Below are positions 1 to 10,426 of a stretch of DNA of 64,000 nt, in pieces. Numbering within the stretch: the first letter of the stretch is position 1; each line of letters begins with the position of its first letter. The notes beneath the pieces were generated by a model. It did no database searches. It was not told the DNA's origin and saw nothing but the letters and a program-made list of their open reading frames with translations. The stretch is from Malacoraja senta (Eukaryota). The stretch covers positions 19,594,001-19,658,000 of the forward strand of contig CM075987.1 of the NCBI GenBank assembly GCA_038087875.1, in the 5' to 3' direction. Both the position numbers and the translations under genes were made by a program.

Positions 1-1710
1 TTTGAACCCACAATCGTTTGATTCACTGGTGCCACAAACTATGCCAAAGGTTGACACCATGAATGAGATACGAATGGGCGAGCCCAAAGGCTAATGGAAT
101 GATGTTCACTTTGTTGCCCTCCATAATGTTTGGGACAAAGACCTATAAGTTATTTATTTGCCTCTGTACTCCACAATTTGAGATTTGTAATAGAAAAACA
201 TCACATGTGGTTAAAGTGCACATCGTCACATTTTATTAAAAGCCATTTTTATACATTTTGGTTTCGCCATGTAGAAATTACAGCTGTGTTTATCCATAGT
301 CCCCCCCCCCCCCATCCCATTTCAGGGCACCATAATGTTTGGGACACATGGCTTCACAGGTATTTGTAATTGCTCAGGTGTGTGTTTAATTGCCTCCTTA
401 ATGCAGGTAGAAGAGAGCTCTCAGCACCTAATCTTTCCTCCAGTCTTTCCATCACCTCTGGAAAAATGTTATTGCTGTTTATCAACATGAAGACCAAAGT
501 TGTGCCAATGACAGTCAAAGAAGCCATTATGAGACTGAGAAACAAGAATACAACTGTTAGAGACATCAGTCAAACCGTCCGCAGAAGACTTCATGAACAG
601 AAATACAGAGGATGCACTGCAAGTTGCAAACCACTGGATAGCCGCAAAAATAGGATGGCCAGGTTACAGTTTGCCAAGAAGTACTTAATAGAGCAACCAC
701 AGTTCTGGAAAAAGGTGTTGTGGTCAGATGAGACAAAGATTAACTTATATCAGACTGATGGCAAGAGCAAAGTATGAGAAGGAACTGCCCAAGATCCAAA
801 GCATACCACCTCATCTGTGAAACACGGTGGTGGGGGTGTTATGGCCTGGGCATGTATGGCTGCTGAAGGTACTGGCTCACTTATCTTCACTGATGATACA
901 CCTGCTGACGGTAGTAGTCTAGCGGCCCCTTGTGGTGGCCTTGTTAATATCGAACCCTCGCAATTGGCTGGCGCGGTCACATGAGCGCGGGAGCTTCTTC
1001 GCGGGTTTTTTCTGTAACCGTTCATTCTAGCGCCACGCGAATAGAATACACATCGTTAAAATTTGGATGTCTATTTCGACTCGGGTGACTACTTTGTTTG
1101 CGTTTCAAAATAAAGAATTTTTGCACACCCTAACGTTTCGACTCGCCAAACTGGTGACCCCGCTAGTCCGAATGGATTTCGGGCATTTGACATGCAAGCC
1201 GCCGCCTTCCCCGACGCCCAGCAAAACGTTGTGGGCCTGAAGCTGCCCGTGTTCTGGGCAGAGCAGCCTCAAGTGCGGTTTGCCCACATAAAGGCCCAGT
1301 TCCACCTCAGGAATATCGTGGTCGACGACACCCGGTATTTTTACGTCGTCAGGGCACTCAACCAAGAGACAGCCTCGCGGTTGCTGCCATACTTACAAGA
1401 CCCACCGGTGCTTGGCAAGTACGACAGCCTCAAGGCCCTACTGCTCCGCACCTTCGGGCTCAGCCGCCGATATCGCGCCGCCCGCCTGCTCCACATGGAC
1501 GGCCATCGACCATCTGACATTGACATTTCTCAAACAAATGCCGGACGACATCTGCTTGCTGCTCGCCGGGTCCGACTTCGCCAACCCCTTGCAGCTCGCC
1601 GAGCGAGCCGACGAATTGTGGCTCGCGAAGCGGCAGAACGGCGGGTCCATCAACCGGGAGTCCGAGCACGCACGCCAACCGCCCCGTAGAGATGCCCAGC
1701 CCTCCGCTAC

Positions 1711-2201
1711 TGTCAGGTGCAGAATAGTGAAATAACAATCACGATGCTTAGAGAGTTTAGAGAAACAAGTTTATTTATTAGCAAGTGTGCAGAGTCGGGT
1801 GTCTCCCCTGTCAAGACACACCGAGAGAGAGGAAGTCACTTTCTTTTAAACACATCATTTTACATTTGTTACATTCATTCCTCCCCTTCGGGCTCTTTTC
1901 AAATCAGAGCACTGAGGTGCACACTCTACAGGTACCGCCCCTGGTGCCTCCCAGAACATACATCGCATGTACATTTAAATGAGACATCTTGTCATGATGG
2001 GCGTGTTTGCAATATTCATTTATCTCATTGCGCAAGCGCATAGAGAGTTGTTCATGACCTTTATCCCAATTCTACCCGGACTTTCTTATCTCTTTTGTTC
2101 TCATCCTTGAAAAATCACCATCTGTACTCGTGCATCCACTCCCTACTATACAAAGGGTTCTTAGTCTAAATCAACTTATACCTATTAACCCCTTCCTCAC
2201 A
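1711..2201 (-). repeat. ERV 3' LTR (491 bp)
   Basis: Direct repeat of 9567-10061 (7 substitutions and 2 small indels by eye). Minus-strand AATAAA near 1770. PPT-like GCAAAAGTAAAAGTGTGGAT directly upstream on the minus strand. Confidence 0.95.
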
Positions 2202-2237
2202 ATCCACACTTTTACTTTTGCTACTGCAACCTTTGAT

Positions 2238-4142
2238 TTATACTATCTCCCCTGTCTCTAATGCTAACAGCAGAATCTTCGCCTCCCTATCTTCCCCTCG
2301 CTGGTCATACTGTGTCCTAAAGGCCATCATGGCGGCGTCATTCTTGGTCAGGGCTGTCTCTATCAATCGCTGAGACAGCCCCCGTATGCAGGGAATGATA
2401 CAACATCCAAATAGACACAGCAACCCCATCATAACTACCACTGATGTTAGGGCTGATGTAAAGATGTGCTTCCATTTCCCAAACCAGGAGTCTAGAAACC
2501 CGGTCCAGGAGGTGTCTACTCCGGAGTTCTCGGCCAATTCGATAGACAGGGAAGTGAGACCTGCTAGGGCTCTCGATACTGACCCATCAGGAGCAGTGTT
2601 GTTGGGGATGAAGGTGCAGCATTGTTCCCCAAACATTACACACACCCCTCCCTTCTCAGCCAGTAGCATGTCTAAGGCCATGCGATTTTGCCAGGCCATT
2701 AGGCTGGTATCTGTCAGTTGTTCCGCTAATCCTTCAACCGCATCTCGAGTGTAATATATAAAGCGTTGTTGGTTGTAGTATAGGTAGTTGATCCAGTCCA
2801 CATTTTTATTAATTGTGGACCACCAGAAGAGCATGGACTCAAAGCCCACAGCTATCTGGTTTCTGGCTTTGAATTCATCGGGTACCCCTCTTGGCACCCC
2901 TATCGCATCTATATATATGTGTGTGTCGAATGATCCTCTCACCCCTCTCTTTTGTCGTCGGCTTCCTTCATTGAGTTCTACAGCATGTTCTACTGCTATG
3001 GTGAAGGGCATCATCAGTTGTGTGAGTGTACAGGTTCCCGTCCATGACCCTGGTAACCGGGGCCACAGGGTATTCTCCCCGCACCACCACCAGACATCAG
3101 CTCTACTGACTATCTGCTTTCTCAGCCAGGAGCTTTTGAACAGTGGCCCCTGTTCCTCAGCCGTTATGTTATACGTCTGATTGCAGTTGAGCACCTCCCC
3201 TATTTCCTGTCCATCTGGGTTATATCTGGTATAGCACTCAAATCCCTCCTCCCCAAGGGGAGTGCTAAATGGAGGAGGTCGAGGGTCTGTCCTTCAGCCC
3301 TTTGTATTGTTGTTGCTAGCCGGGAATAGGTAATGATAACTCTGGCAGGTCGCATCCTTTGGTAGGATGGGATTCGTGAATAGCTGTAGTATACATGGCA
3401 TAGCCCCAGGTGTCCTATCCCAATTCAAGGGAAATGGTACTGGAACCAGCTGAGGCTTAGCTCCGGCACAGACGTAGCAATTGGTGTGTTGCATACTCCT
3501 GGCCGTGTACATCATCCAGGCAAGCCAGGTGTTGGTTCCCTTTCCTCCTGTAGGTATTCCCTCCTCATATAATTGCCTTAATTCTGTTTCTCCTGCTACT
3601 ATCATTATCTTCAAATCCTTAGGCTCATTTTCCGTGGTGACATTTCTGACTACCGGTGGTGCTGGTGTTGCCCAGGGATCCCTACTCTGACTGTCATCTA
3701 TCTGGAACCTTTCCCTCCCATCCTCATATTTCACCATATTCCCGTCCTGCTTCACTTCTATCTCAAACCTCAGACATGCGTCCTTCCCTGTTCTTTCTGC
3801 ACATATCCAATACCTACCACTTTCCTGCATTTGAACACTCTGTATGCTTACATATACGCGTCCTGGCAATCCCTCTTTTGGGTTTTTATATACTCTCCAC
3901 CTATCAGTTTGATAGGTGGGCTTATGCCACCCATTTCTTGATGAAGTGAACACCGCGTGCCCATTTCTACAGGGATGGGTGCATACATACATTCTATAGC
4001 CACACCACCATTTTCCTTTACATACATTAAATGGGATGGTGGTGGACCTTCTATTCTGTGGTATTGTGATTTTTATACATGTTATATTACTCATGAGTTG
4101 GGTAATCACCCAACACACGATCCACCAGCACGAAGTCTTCAT
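2238..4142 (-). pseudogene. env: Retroviral envelope (gamma-type SU-TM), one in-frame TGA at 3294-3296
   Basis: Signal peptide MKTSCWWIVCWVITQL, CYVC (CXXC), furin site RRQKR, ISD QNRMALDMLLAEKGGVC, CX6CC (CVMFGEQCC) and a TM helix. ORFs 3294..4205 and 2238..3194 are in the same frame. Confidence 0.92.
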
Positions 4143-7100
4143 TTTCCGTGCGGGGTCTTGGTGAATACCAAAGTCAATGGTTCCTTCCCTTTTCGCACAG
4201 TCCACGGGCTGATATTGTCTGGTGGGGCCTCCACAGGACCCTTAAATCGGCTTGTGTGTGTCCACCCTTTTTCTTTTGTTCGTACTGCTGTCTCGGTGAT
4301 TAGTAACACCAGGTAGGGTCCAGTCCACTTAGGTTGCAGCTTTTCTTCTTTCCACATTTTTATTAGTACCCAGTCTCCAGCCTTGGCTGAGTGAATCGGA
4401 AAGTCCAGTGGCGGGCTCTGGGCCAGCAATCCTTTAGTTTTTAGTTCTGCAAGAGATTGGGATATCGCCAGTAAATAGTTCCTTAGGAATACATCATTCC
4501 CTTGTATTGTTGGGAACCATTCTATCTTTCCTAAGTATGGGAGCCCGAATAACATTTCATATGGTGATACCCCTATGTCTTTCCGAGGTGCCGTGCGGAT
4601 TCTCAACAAGGCTATCGGAAGGCACTTAGTCCAGGGGAGTCTCGTTTCCTCTATCAACTTGGTGATTTGGGTCTTCAAGGTGCCATTCATTCTCTCCACC
4701 TTTCCGGAGCTCTGGGGATGCCACGGTGTATGCAATTTCCATTCAATTCCTAGTGCTTCACATATCATTTTATGTGTCTTGGGGGCAAAATGGGTCCCTC
4801 TATCCGAGTCTATTGTTTCCACAATCCCATATCTGGGTATAATTTGCTCCAATAATACCTTGGCTACCGCCTGTGAGGTGGCAGTTGCTGTGGGGAATGC
4901 CTCTACCCATCTAGTGAAATGGTCCACTACCACTAACAGGTACTTCCATTTTTGTACCCGGGGCAACTCGGTGAAATCTATCTGGATTCTTTGGAAGGGC
5001 CTAATTGCCAATGGTTGTCCTCCTCCTGAGACTGCTCTCGTGATTTTCTTGTTAATTCGCTGACATATTACACAGCCCCCTATGACTTGTTTGGCCATGG
5101 TATACATCCCACGGCAAGCGTAGGTTCTGAGGAGGGTGTCACAGAGGGCTTGGGTTCCCCAATGGCTTTGCCCGTGCAGCCTCCCTAATAACTCCCTTAT
5201 AATTTCTTTGTTCAATAGCTGCTTTCCATCCGGTGTCCACCATTTCCCATTTGGGGTAAGCCGGGCTCCCATTTCCCTCATGTTTTCCTGCTCTTTCTCA
5301 CTAAAGATTGGTATCTTTTCCTCTTGTTCCCTTAAAGGTATTAGTGACATCATTTCTACCATCTGTTCTGTGGCTGCTCTTTTTGCAACCTCATCTGCTG
5401 CCCTATTTCCTCGGGCTTCCAGGGTTTTACCCTTTTGATGCCCTGCCACATGTGCTATGGCTATTCGTTCTGGTTTCTGCAAGGCCTCCAGTGTCTGTCC
5501 TATCAATTGCTCATGCGCTAATTCTTTCCCTCGAGCTGTTATCATTCCTCGCTCTTTCCAGATTTTCCCAAAGGTGTGTACTACCCCAAAGGCGTATTTT
5601 GAATCGGTGTACACTGTTCCTTCCTTCCCCTCCAATAGTTCCAAAGCTCTCATTAATGCATATATTTCACAAGATTGGGCTGACCAACTACCAGGCAGCC
5701 TAACACTTTCAATTTCCTCCATAGTTTCCCCGTTCACTATACCGTACCCACTATGTCTTTTTCCATCTATACACCTGGAGGACCCATCTATAAACCACCG
5801 GCTGCCCTCAGCCAGAGGTTGTTCTTCCAAGTCTTCTCTACTTTTTGTCTGTAAATCTATTATTTCACTACAGCAGTGTACTGGGTCCTCTCCCTCGTCG
5901 CCCTCTTTTTCTGCTGGATACAGGAATTGGGACGGGTTAAGGTTCTTATCCGTAATTATAGTCAAATCGTCTTTTTCCATCAGGATGGCCTGGTACTTTA
6001 AAATTCTAGAGTCCGTTAACCATCTGTTGGATTTCTGAGTGAGTATGGTTCTCACCGTGTGTGGCGTAGAAACAACCAGAGCTCCTCCAAAGGTTAATTT
6101 TCTACTCTCCTCCACCAATATTGCAGTGGCTGCTACCGCTTGTATGCATCCCGGCCATCCCCTGGAGACTGGATCTAATATTTTTGAGAGGAAGGCCACC
6201 GGCTGTCGGTTCCCCCCTCTCTTCTGGGTAAGTACCCCTAGTGCCACCCCCTTGTCTGAATTTACGAAGAGATGGAAAGGTTGTTCTAACGAGGGTAGGG
6301 CCAACACGGGAGCAGTAATCAGACTGTTCTTTATTTTCCCAAATTCCACCTCCTGTTCAGGGGTCCACTTAACCTTGTCTTTTTCTTCTCCCAATTTATC
6401 ATACAGGAATTTCACCTGTCGGGCGTAATCATCTATCCACAATCGACAGTATCCTATCAACCCCAGGAATTTTCGGATTTCTTTCTTATTCCTCGGGAGT
6501 GGTACTCCCGTGATTCCAGCTATCCTTTCGGGGTTTATTCGTCTTTTTCCTCCGCTTATCAGGTGTCCTAGATATTTTACCTCCTGTTCCACAAATTGAA
6601 GCTTGTTACGGGACACCCTTAACCCCTTCTTCCCCAAGAAGTTTAACAGGACTATCGTGGCGTCCCTTACTTCTTCTTCCCTCTCTCCTGACAAGAGAAG
6701 GTCATCCACGTACTGTAATAGTTGCGTTTCCCCGTGACCTGGGAAATCCTCCAGTACCTGCTCTAAAATTTGGCCGAATAAATTTGGTGATTCTGTAAAA
6801 CCTTGAGGGAGCACCGCCCACCGGAATTGTTGCTTTCGCCCGGTGTTAGGGTTTTCCCACTCAAAGGCGAATAAGTCTCTACTCTCTGTTGCCAGCGGAC
6901 AACTCCAGAAAGCGTCCTTTAAATCTACCACACTAAACCATTTGTGGCTTGGGGGTATCTGTCCCATGATGGTGTAAGGGTGTCGGGCTCGGACTACCTT
7001 GTTCAATTCCCTTAAGTCCTGTACGAGTCTAAACGTACCGTCGGTCTTTCTGACTGGTAGGATCGGAGTATTGTAGGGAGACATACATGGTTCCAATACC

Positions 7101-7666
7101 CCGTCCTTCAATAAATTCTCAATGATTGGTTGTAAGCCTTTTCGTCCCTCGGTCGAAATGGGGTACTGTCTTACTCGTACTATGTCGGCACCGTCCTTTA
7201 ATACTATCTGTAGAGGGGGTATTTGCAAACCTCCTCTGTTTCCTTCCTTGGCCCATACTTGGTCATTAATTCTTTGCTCGTCCGCCTCTCTTAGAGTATA
7301 CAACTGGACCACTATCCTTCCCTCTACCGGTGCTGTGCCTATCCCCAATTGTATTTGTAAATCTCTGCCCATTAAATTTATACCAGCCTGAGGTACTAAG
7401 ATCAGGTCCTCTACTGCCACCCGGTGTCCATACCTTACATTCACTCCTCCTATCTCGGGAGCTACCATTACAGTCCCCCCTACTCCGGTAATTTTAATTC
7501 TCCCTTGTCCTGCCTTCATACCTATTGGTACTTTGGTTACACTTGATCGCTCCGCTCCTGAATCTACCATGAACACCGTATCTTCTCCCTGGGGTCCTAT
7601 TTTTAAATTTACCAAGGGCTCCCTTCTATAGTCCCCCGACCCCAGGGACGGGAACCCCTGACCCCC
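4139..7666 (-). CDS. pol: Retroviral Pro-Pol (protease, RT, RNase H, integrase), in frame with the gag stop
   Basis: Open frame of >1150 codons with DSG protease, VDLKDAF and YVDD RT motifs, RNase H (FIDGS, YTDS) and integrase (HHCC, IDF, DSD). Probable 5-aa deletion at HP|YT. Confidence 0.95.
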   Translation of the reverse strand, partial: GGQGFPSLGSGDYRREPLVNLKIGPQGEDTVFMVDSGAERSSVTKVPIGMKAGQGRIKITGVGGTVMVAPEIGGVNVRYGHRVAVEDLILVPQAGINLMGRDLQIQLGIGTAPVEGRIVVQLYTLREADEQRINDQVWAKEGNRGGLQIPPLQIVLKDGADIVRVRQYPISTEGRKGLQPIIENLLKDGVLEPCMSPYNTPILPVRKTDGTFRLVQDLRELNKVVRARHPYTIMGQIPPSHKWFSVVDLKDAFWSCPLATESRDLFAFEWENPNTGRKQQFRWAVLPQGFTESPNLFGQILEQVLEDFPGHGETQLLQYVDDLLLSGEREEEVRDATIVLLNFLGKKGLRVSRNKLQFVEQEVKYLGHLISGGKRRINPERIAGITGVPLPRNKKEIRKFLGLIGYCRLWIDDYARQVKFLYDKLGEEKDKVKWTPEQEVEFGKIKNSLITAPVLALPSLEQPFHLFVNSDKGVALGVLTQKRGGNRQPVAFLSKILDPVSRGWPGCIQAVAATAILVEESRKLTFGGALVVSTPHTVRTILTQKSNRWLTDSRILKYQAILMEKDDLTIITDKNLNPSQFLYPAEKEGDEGEDPVHCCSEIIDLQTKSREDLEEQPLAEGSRWFIDGSSRCIDGKRHSGYGIVNGETMEEIESVRLPGSWSAQSCEIYALMRALELLEGKEGTVYTDSKYAFGVVHTFGKIWKERGMITARGKELAHEQLIGQTLEALQKPERIAIAHVAGHQKGKTLEARGNRAADEVAKRAATEQMVEMMSLIPLREQEEKIPIFSEKEQENMREMGARLTPNGKWWTPDGKQLLNKEIIRELLGRLHGQSHWGTQALCDTLLRTYACRGMYTMAKQVIGGCVICQRINKKITRAVSGGGQPLAIRPFQRIQIDFTELPRVQKWKYLLVVVDHFTRWVEAFPTATATSQAVAKVLLEQIIPRYGIVETIDSDRGTHFAPKTHKMICEALGIEWKLHTPWHPQSSGKVERMNGTLKTQITKLIEETRLPWTKCLPIALLRIRTAPRKDIGVSPYEMLFGLPYLGKIEWFPTIQGNDVFLRNYLLAISQSLAELKTKGLLAQSPPLDFPIHSAKAGDWVLIKMWKEEKLQPKWTGPYLVLLITETAVRTKEKGWTHTSRFKGPVEAPPDNISPWTVRKGKEPLTLVFTKTPHGK

Positions 7667-9280
7667 CTATTCATTCTCCATCATACTGTACGTACGGGAC
7701 TCCACTACACGCTCAGGGCACTCCCTTTTGAAGTGTCCTTCCTTATTACAAAAATAACATATTGAAGGTCCTGTCCTCCAACCTTGTCCCGTACTCGTGT
7801 TTCCCCGGCCCCTGCCGATTCCTTCTCCATATCCCCCTCTTCCGCGGCCTCTGCTGCGTCCTCTTCCCCTGCCTCGGGAGTAACTCCCTCGCCATCCTGT
7901 ACCTCCCTTTTCCTTGTCTACTAGCTTTACTGCCTGCAACATAATCTTTGCCTTTCCCTTCTGTTTTTCCTCATCCCTTCGCACGTACACTTTCTGGGCC
8001 TCCGTAAGTAACGGAGACAGTAATTTCTCATTCCAATCATCCATCTTTTCTAACTTCTTCCTTACATCAGGCCAGGATTTGGTCACGAAATTGGCCCTGA
8101 GCAGTTGTTGTCCGGCCTCGGAGTCCGGATCTATTCCGGAATACTGTTGCATGTTCTTCCTGAGTCTTTGAAGGAACACTGTCAGGGCCTCATCTTTCTG
8201 CTGTCCATTTTCAAATGCTCGTTCAAAATGCTGCTATTCCCTTGTCCCAATCTGGCTCTTGTACTGGGAATTTGTCTTCGGCCGCCGCATTTTGCTGCCC
8301 TGGCGGGTTCTCCTGTTCCCCCTTTTTCATTGCCGCTGCCCTAATCATTTGCCTCTCCTCTGATGTGAAGAGATTCCCCATAATGGCCATCAACTCATCC
8401 CATGTATAAGTGTTTGGCCCAAGGAATTGATCTATCTGTTCCGCCAGACCTAAAGGATCTCCAAGGAGGCTTTTCATCTCCTTCTTGAAGTTCCTTACCT
8501 CGGTACTGGTTAAGGGGACATTATCAAATCCCATTCCCCGTGGGGTCCTCCCATGGGTACCTCCCTTAGGGGTCTAATTTTAATCGGTATTTTTCTTACT
8601 CTGACCGACCTCCTGACTCCCTCTCTCGGTGGCGGGGGATTTAATTCATCTACCCCAGCCGCCTCCTGTCTTTCTATCTCCTCCTCGTCCTCACTCCTGG
8701 GGTCCGGTTGTTCACTGTCGGTGTCCTCACCGTCAGTAACATCGTTATTAGGTTCTTGTTTTACCCTGACCTTTCTCCTTTCCACCTGAGCGGGTCCGGG
8801 TGTCACCTCTTCCACCGCCGCCGCAAGTGGAGGTGGGGGTGGGATCGGTGGCACTACTCCGGGTGGTGGGTGTACATAGGGAGGAGGTAGGTTCTCCAGT
8901 ATATCCCATGGGGGTGAAGAGGGGCTTGACTGTTCAGCCTCTTCTTTTAATTTTAACAAATTACATCCCATCTTCCATACCGCGGCATACGTGGTTTCTT
9001 CTATCAACAGGTTAGATTTATTATTCACATATACATTCAATGCCTGCCGCACCCAATCGTCATCTGACCCATTCTTCGGCCACCAGACCGAGTCTCCTTT
9101 GATCGGGTGTTTTGGCCACTCAAAATAACAGAATCGAATCATTTTTGTCTTCTCCAATCCCTGGGTATTTCTCTGCCCCCAGAGGCTCAGCACTCGCCCC
9201 AACGGACTATCAGGCAGAATGCGGGGGTCAGGCTTACCGCCCTTTCCCTCCCTTGTGGCCTTTCCGATTACATTGCCCAT
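7667..9280 (-). pseudogene. gag: Retroviral Gag, frameshifted (~8535) and with a frameshifting deletion (~8220)
   Basis: MGN myristoylation start, PPPY late domain, capsid segments in three frames, CCHC knuckle CYFCNKEGHFKREC, TAG stop at 7667-7669. Confidence 0.92.
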
Positions 9281-9545
9281 CCTCCTGATCGGAATTTCCC
9301 CCCCGATCTATTTAATCGCCCGAGTAGCACTTAATAGTCAGTTTTCTTACCCGGGTCTTGTGCACAAGAATCACTCGATTTGGCTCCTCGCGATTTCCAA
9401 CTACTCCCTCTTGTTTCTCTAATCTCTGGTCCTGGATATCACTCGCCCAAACCGCTGACGGCAAGCAAAAGGGTCCAGAGCCGCTGAATCAGTGGGGTGC
9501 ACCGTCCCTTCTCCCGTATACCGTTGCCAGCTGGCCGGAGTGGCG

Positions 9546-9563
9546 ATCCCGGACGAGCCCCCA
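9546..9563 (-). promoter_or_regulatory. Primer binding site, tRNA-Pro
   Basis: Minus strand TGGGGGCTCGTCCGGGAT, the 18-nt MLV-type tRNA-Pro PBS, 3 nt downstream of the 5' LTR. Confidence 0.95.
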
Positions 9564-9566
9564 GGC

Positions 9567-10061
9567 TGTCAGGTGCAAAATAGTGAAATAACAATCACGA
9601 TGCTTAGAGAGTTTAGAGAAACAAGTTTATTTATTAGCAAGTCTGCAGAGTCGGGTGTCTTCCCCTGTCAAGACACACCGAGAGAGAGGAAGTCACTTTC
9701 TTTTAAACACATCATTTTACATTTGTTACATTTATTCCTCCTCTTCGGGCTCTTTTCAAATCAGAGCACTGAGGTGCACACTCTACAGGTACCGCCCCTG
9801 GTGCCTCCCAGATCATACATCGCATGTACATTTAAATGAGACATCTTGTCATGATGGGCGTGTTTGCAATATTCATTTATCTCATTACGCAAGCGCATAG
9901 AGAGTTGTTCATGACCTTTATCCCAATTCTACCCGGACTGTCTTCTTATCTCTTTTGTTCTCATCCTTGAAAAATCACCATCTGTACTCGCGCATCCACT
10001 CCCTACTATACAAAGGGTTCTTAGTCTAAATCAACTTATACCTATTAACCCCTTCCTCACA
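9567..10061 (-). repeat. ERV 5' LTR (495 bp)
   Basis: Direct repeat of 1711-2201, adjacent to the PBS. Confidence 0.95.
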
Positions 10062-10426
10062 GCTACCATTGCCGAGCCGCAGCCGCACGCTGGAGACCGG
10101 GGTAAGCGCCAGTTGTGCTTTTATCACCTCCGCTGGGGCGCTGAGGCCCGCCGATGCCGCCTCCCCTGCACGTTTTCGGGAAATGCCTCGGCCGATCGTC
10201 AGTAGAGGCTATCGGGATCGGCCAAAACAACCGCCTCTACGTGCGCGACCGCCACTGTGGACTGCGTTTCCTGGTGGACTCCGGGACCATCGTGAGTATC
10301 CTCCCCCCGACTGGGCTGGACACCCATGCTGGTAAGCGTGGCCCTGTCCTGACTGCCGTCAACCGCAGTACTATCCGCACCTACGGCACGCGGACCCTAT
10401 CCCTCACCTTCAACTCCCGCCCGTAT

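Larger units (their letters stand above)
1711..10061 (-). mobile_element. Endogenous retrovirus provirus, class I (gamma-like), LTR-gag-pro/pol-env-LTR
   Basis: Two TG...CA LTRs, 5-bp TSD GCTAC (1706-1710, 10062-10066), tRNA-Pro PBS, polypurine tract next to the 3' LTR, and gag, pol and env frames. Confidence 0.97.

Noticed and set aside
1717..2043. LTR-encoded ORF repeated at 9492-9900 (possible sag/orf-like gene)
   Set aside because: It is antisense to the provirus and the frame differs between the two LTRs because of a 1-bp indel.
2386..9422. Many plus-strand ORFs over the ERV (e.g. 5457-6038, 4575-5063) as antisense or accessory genes
   Set aside because: Shadow frames of minus-strand gag/pol/env with no recognisable motifs; many start at non-ATG codons.
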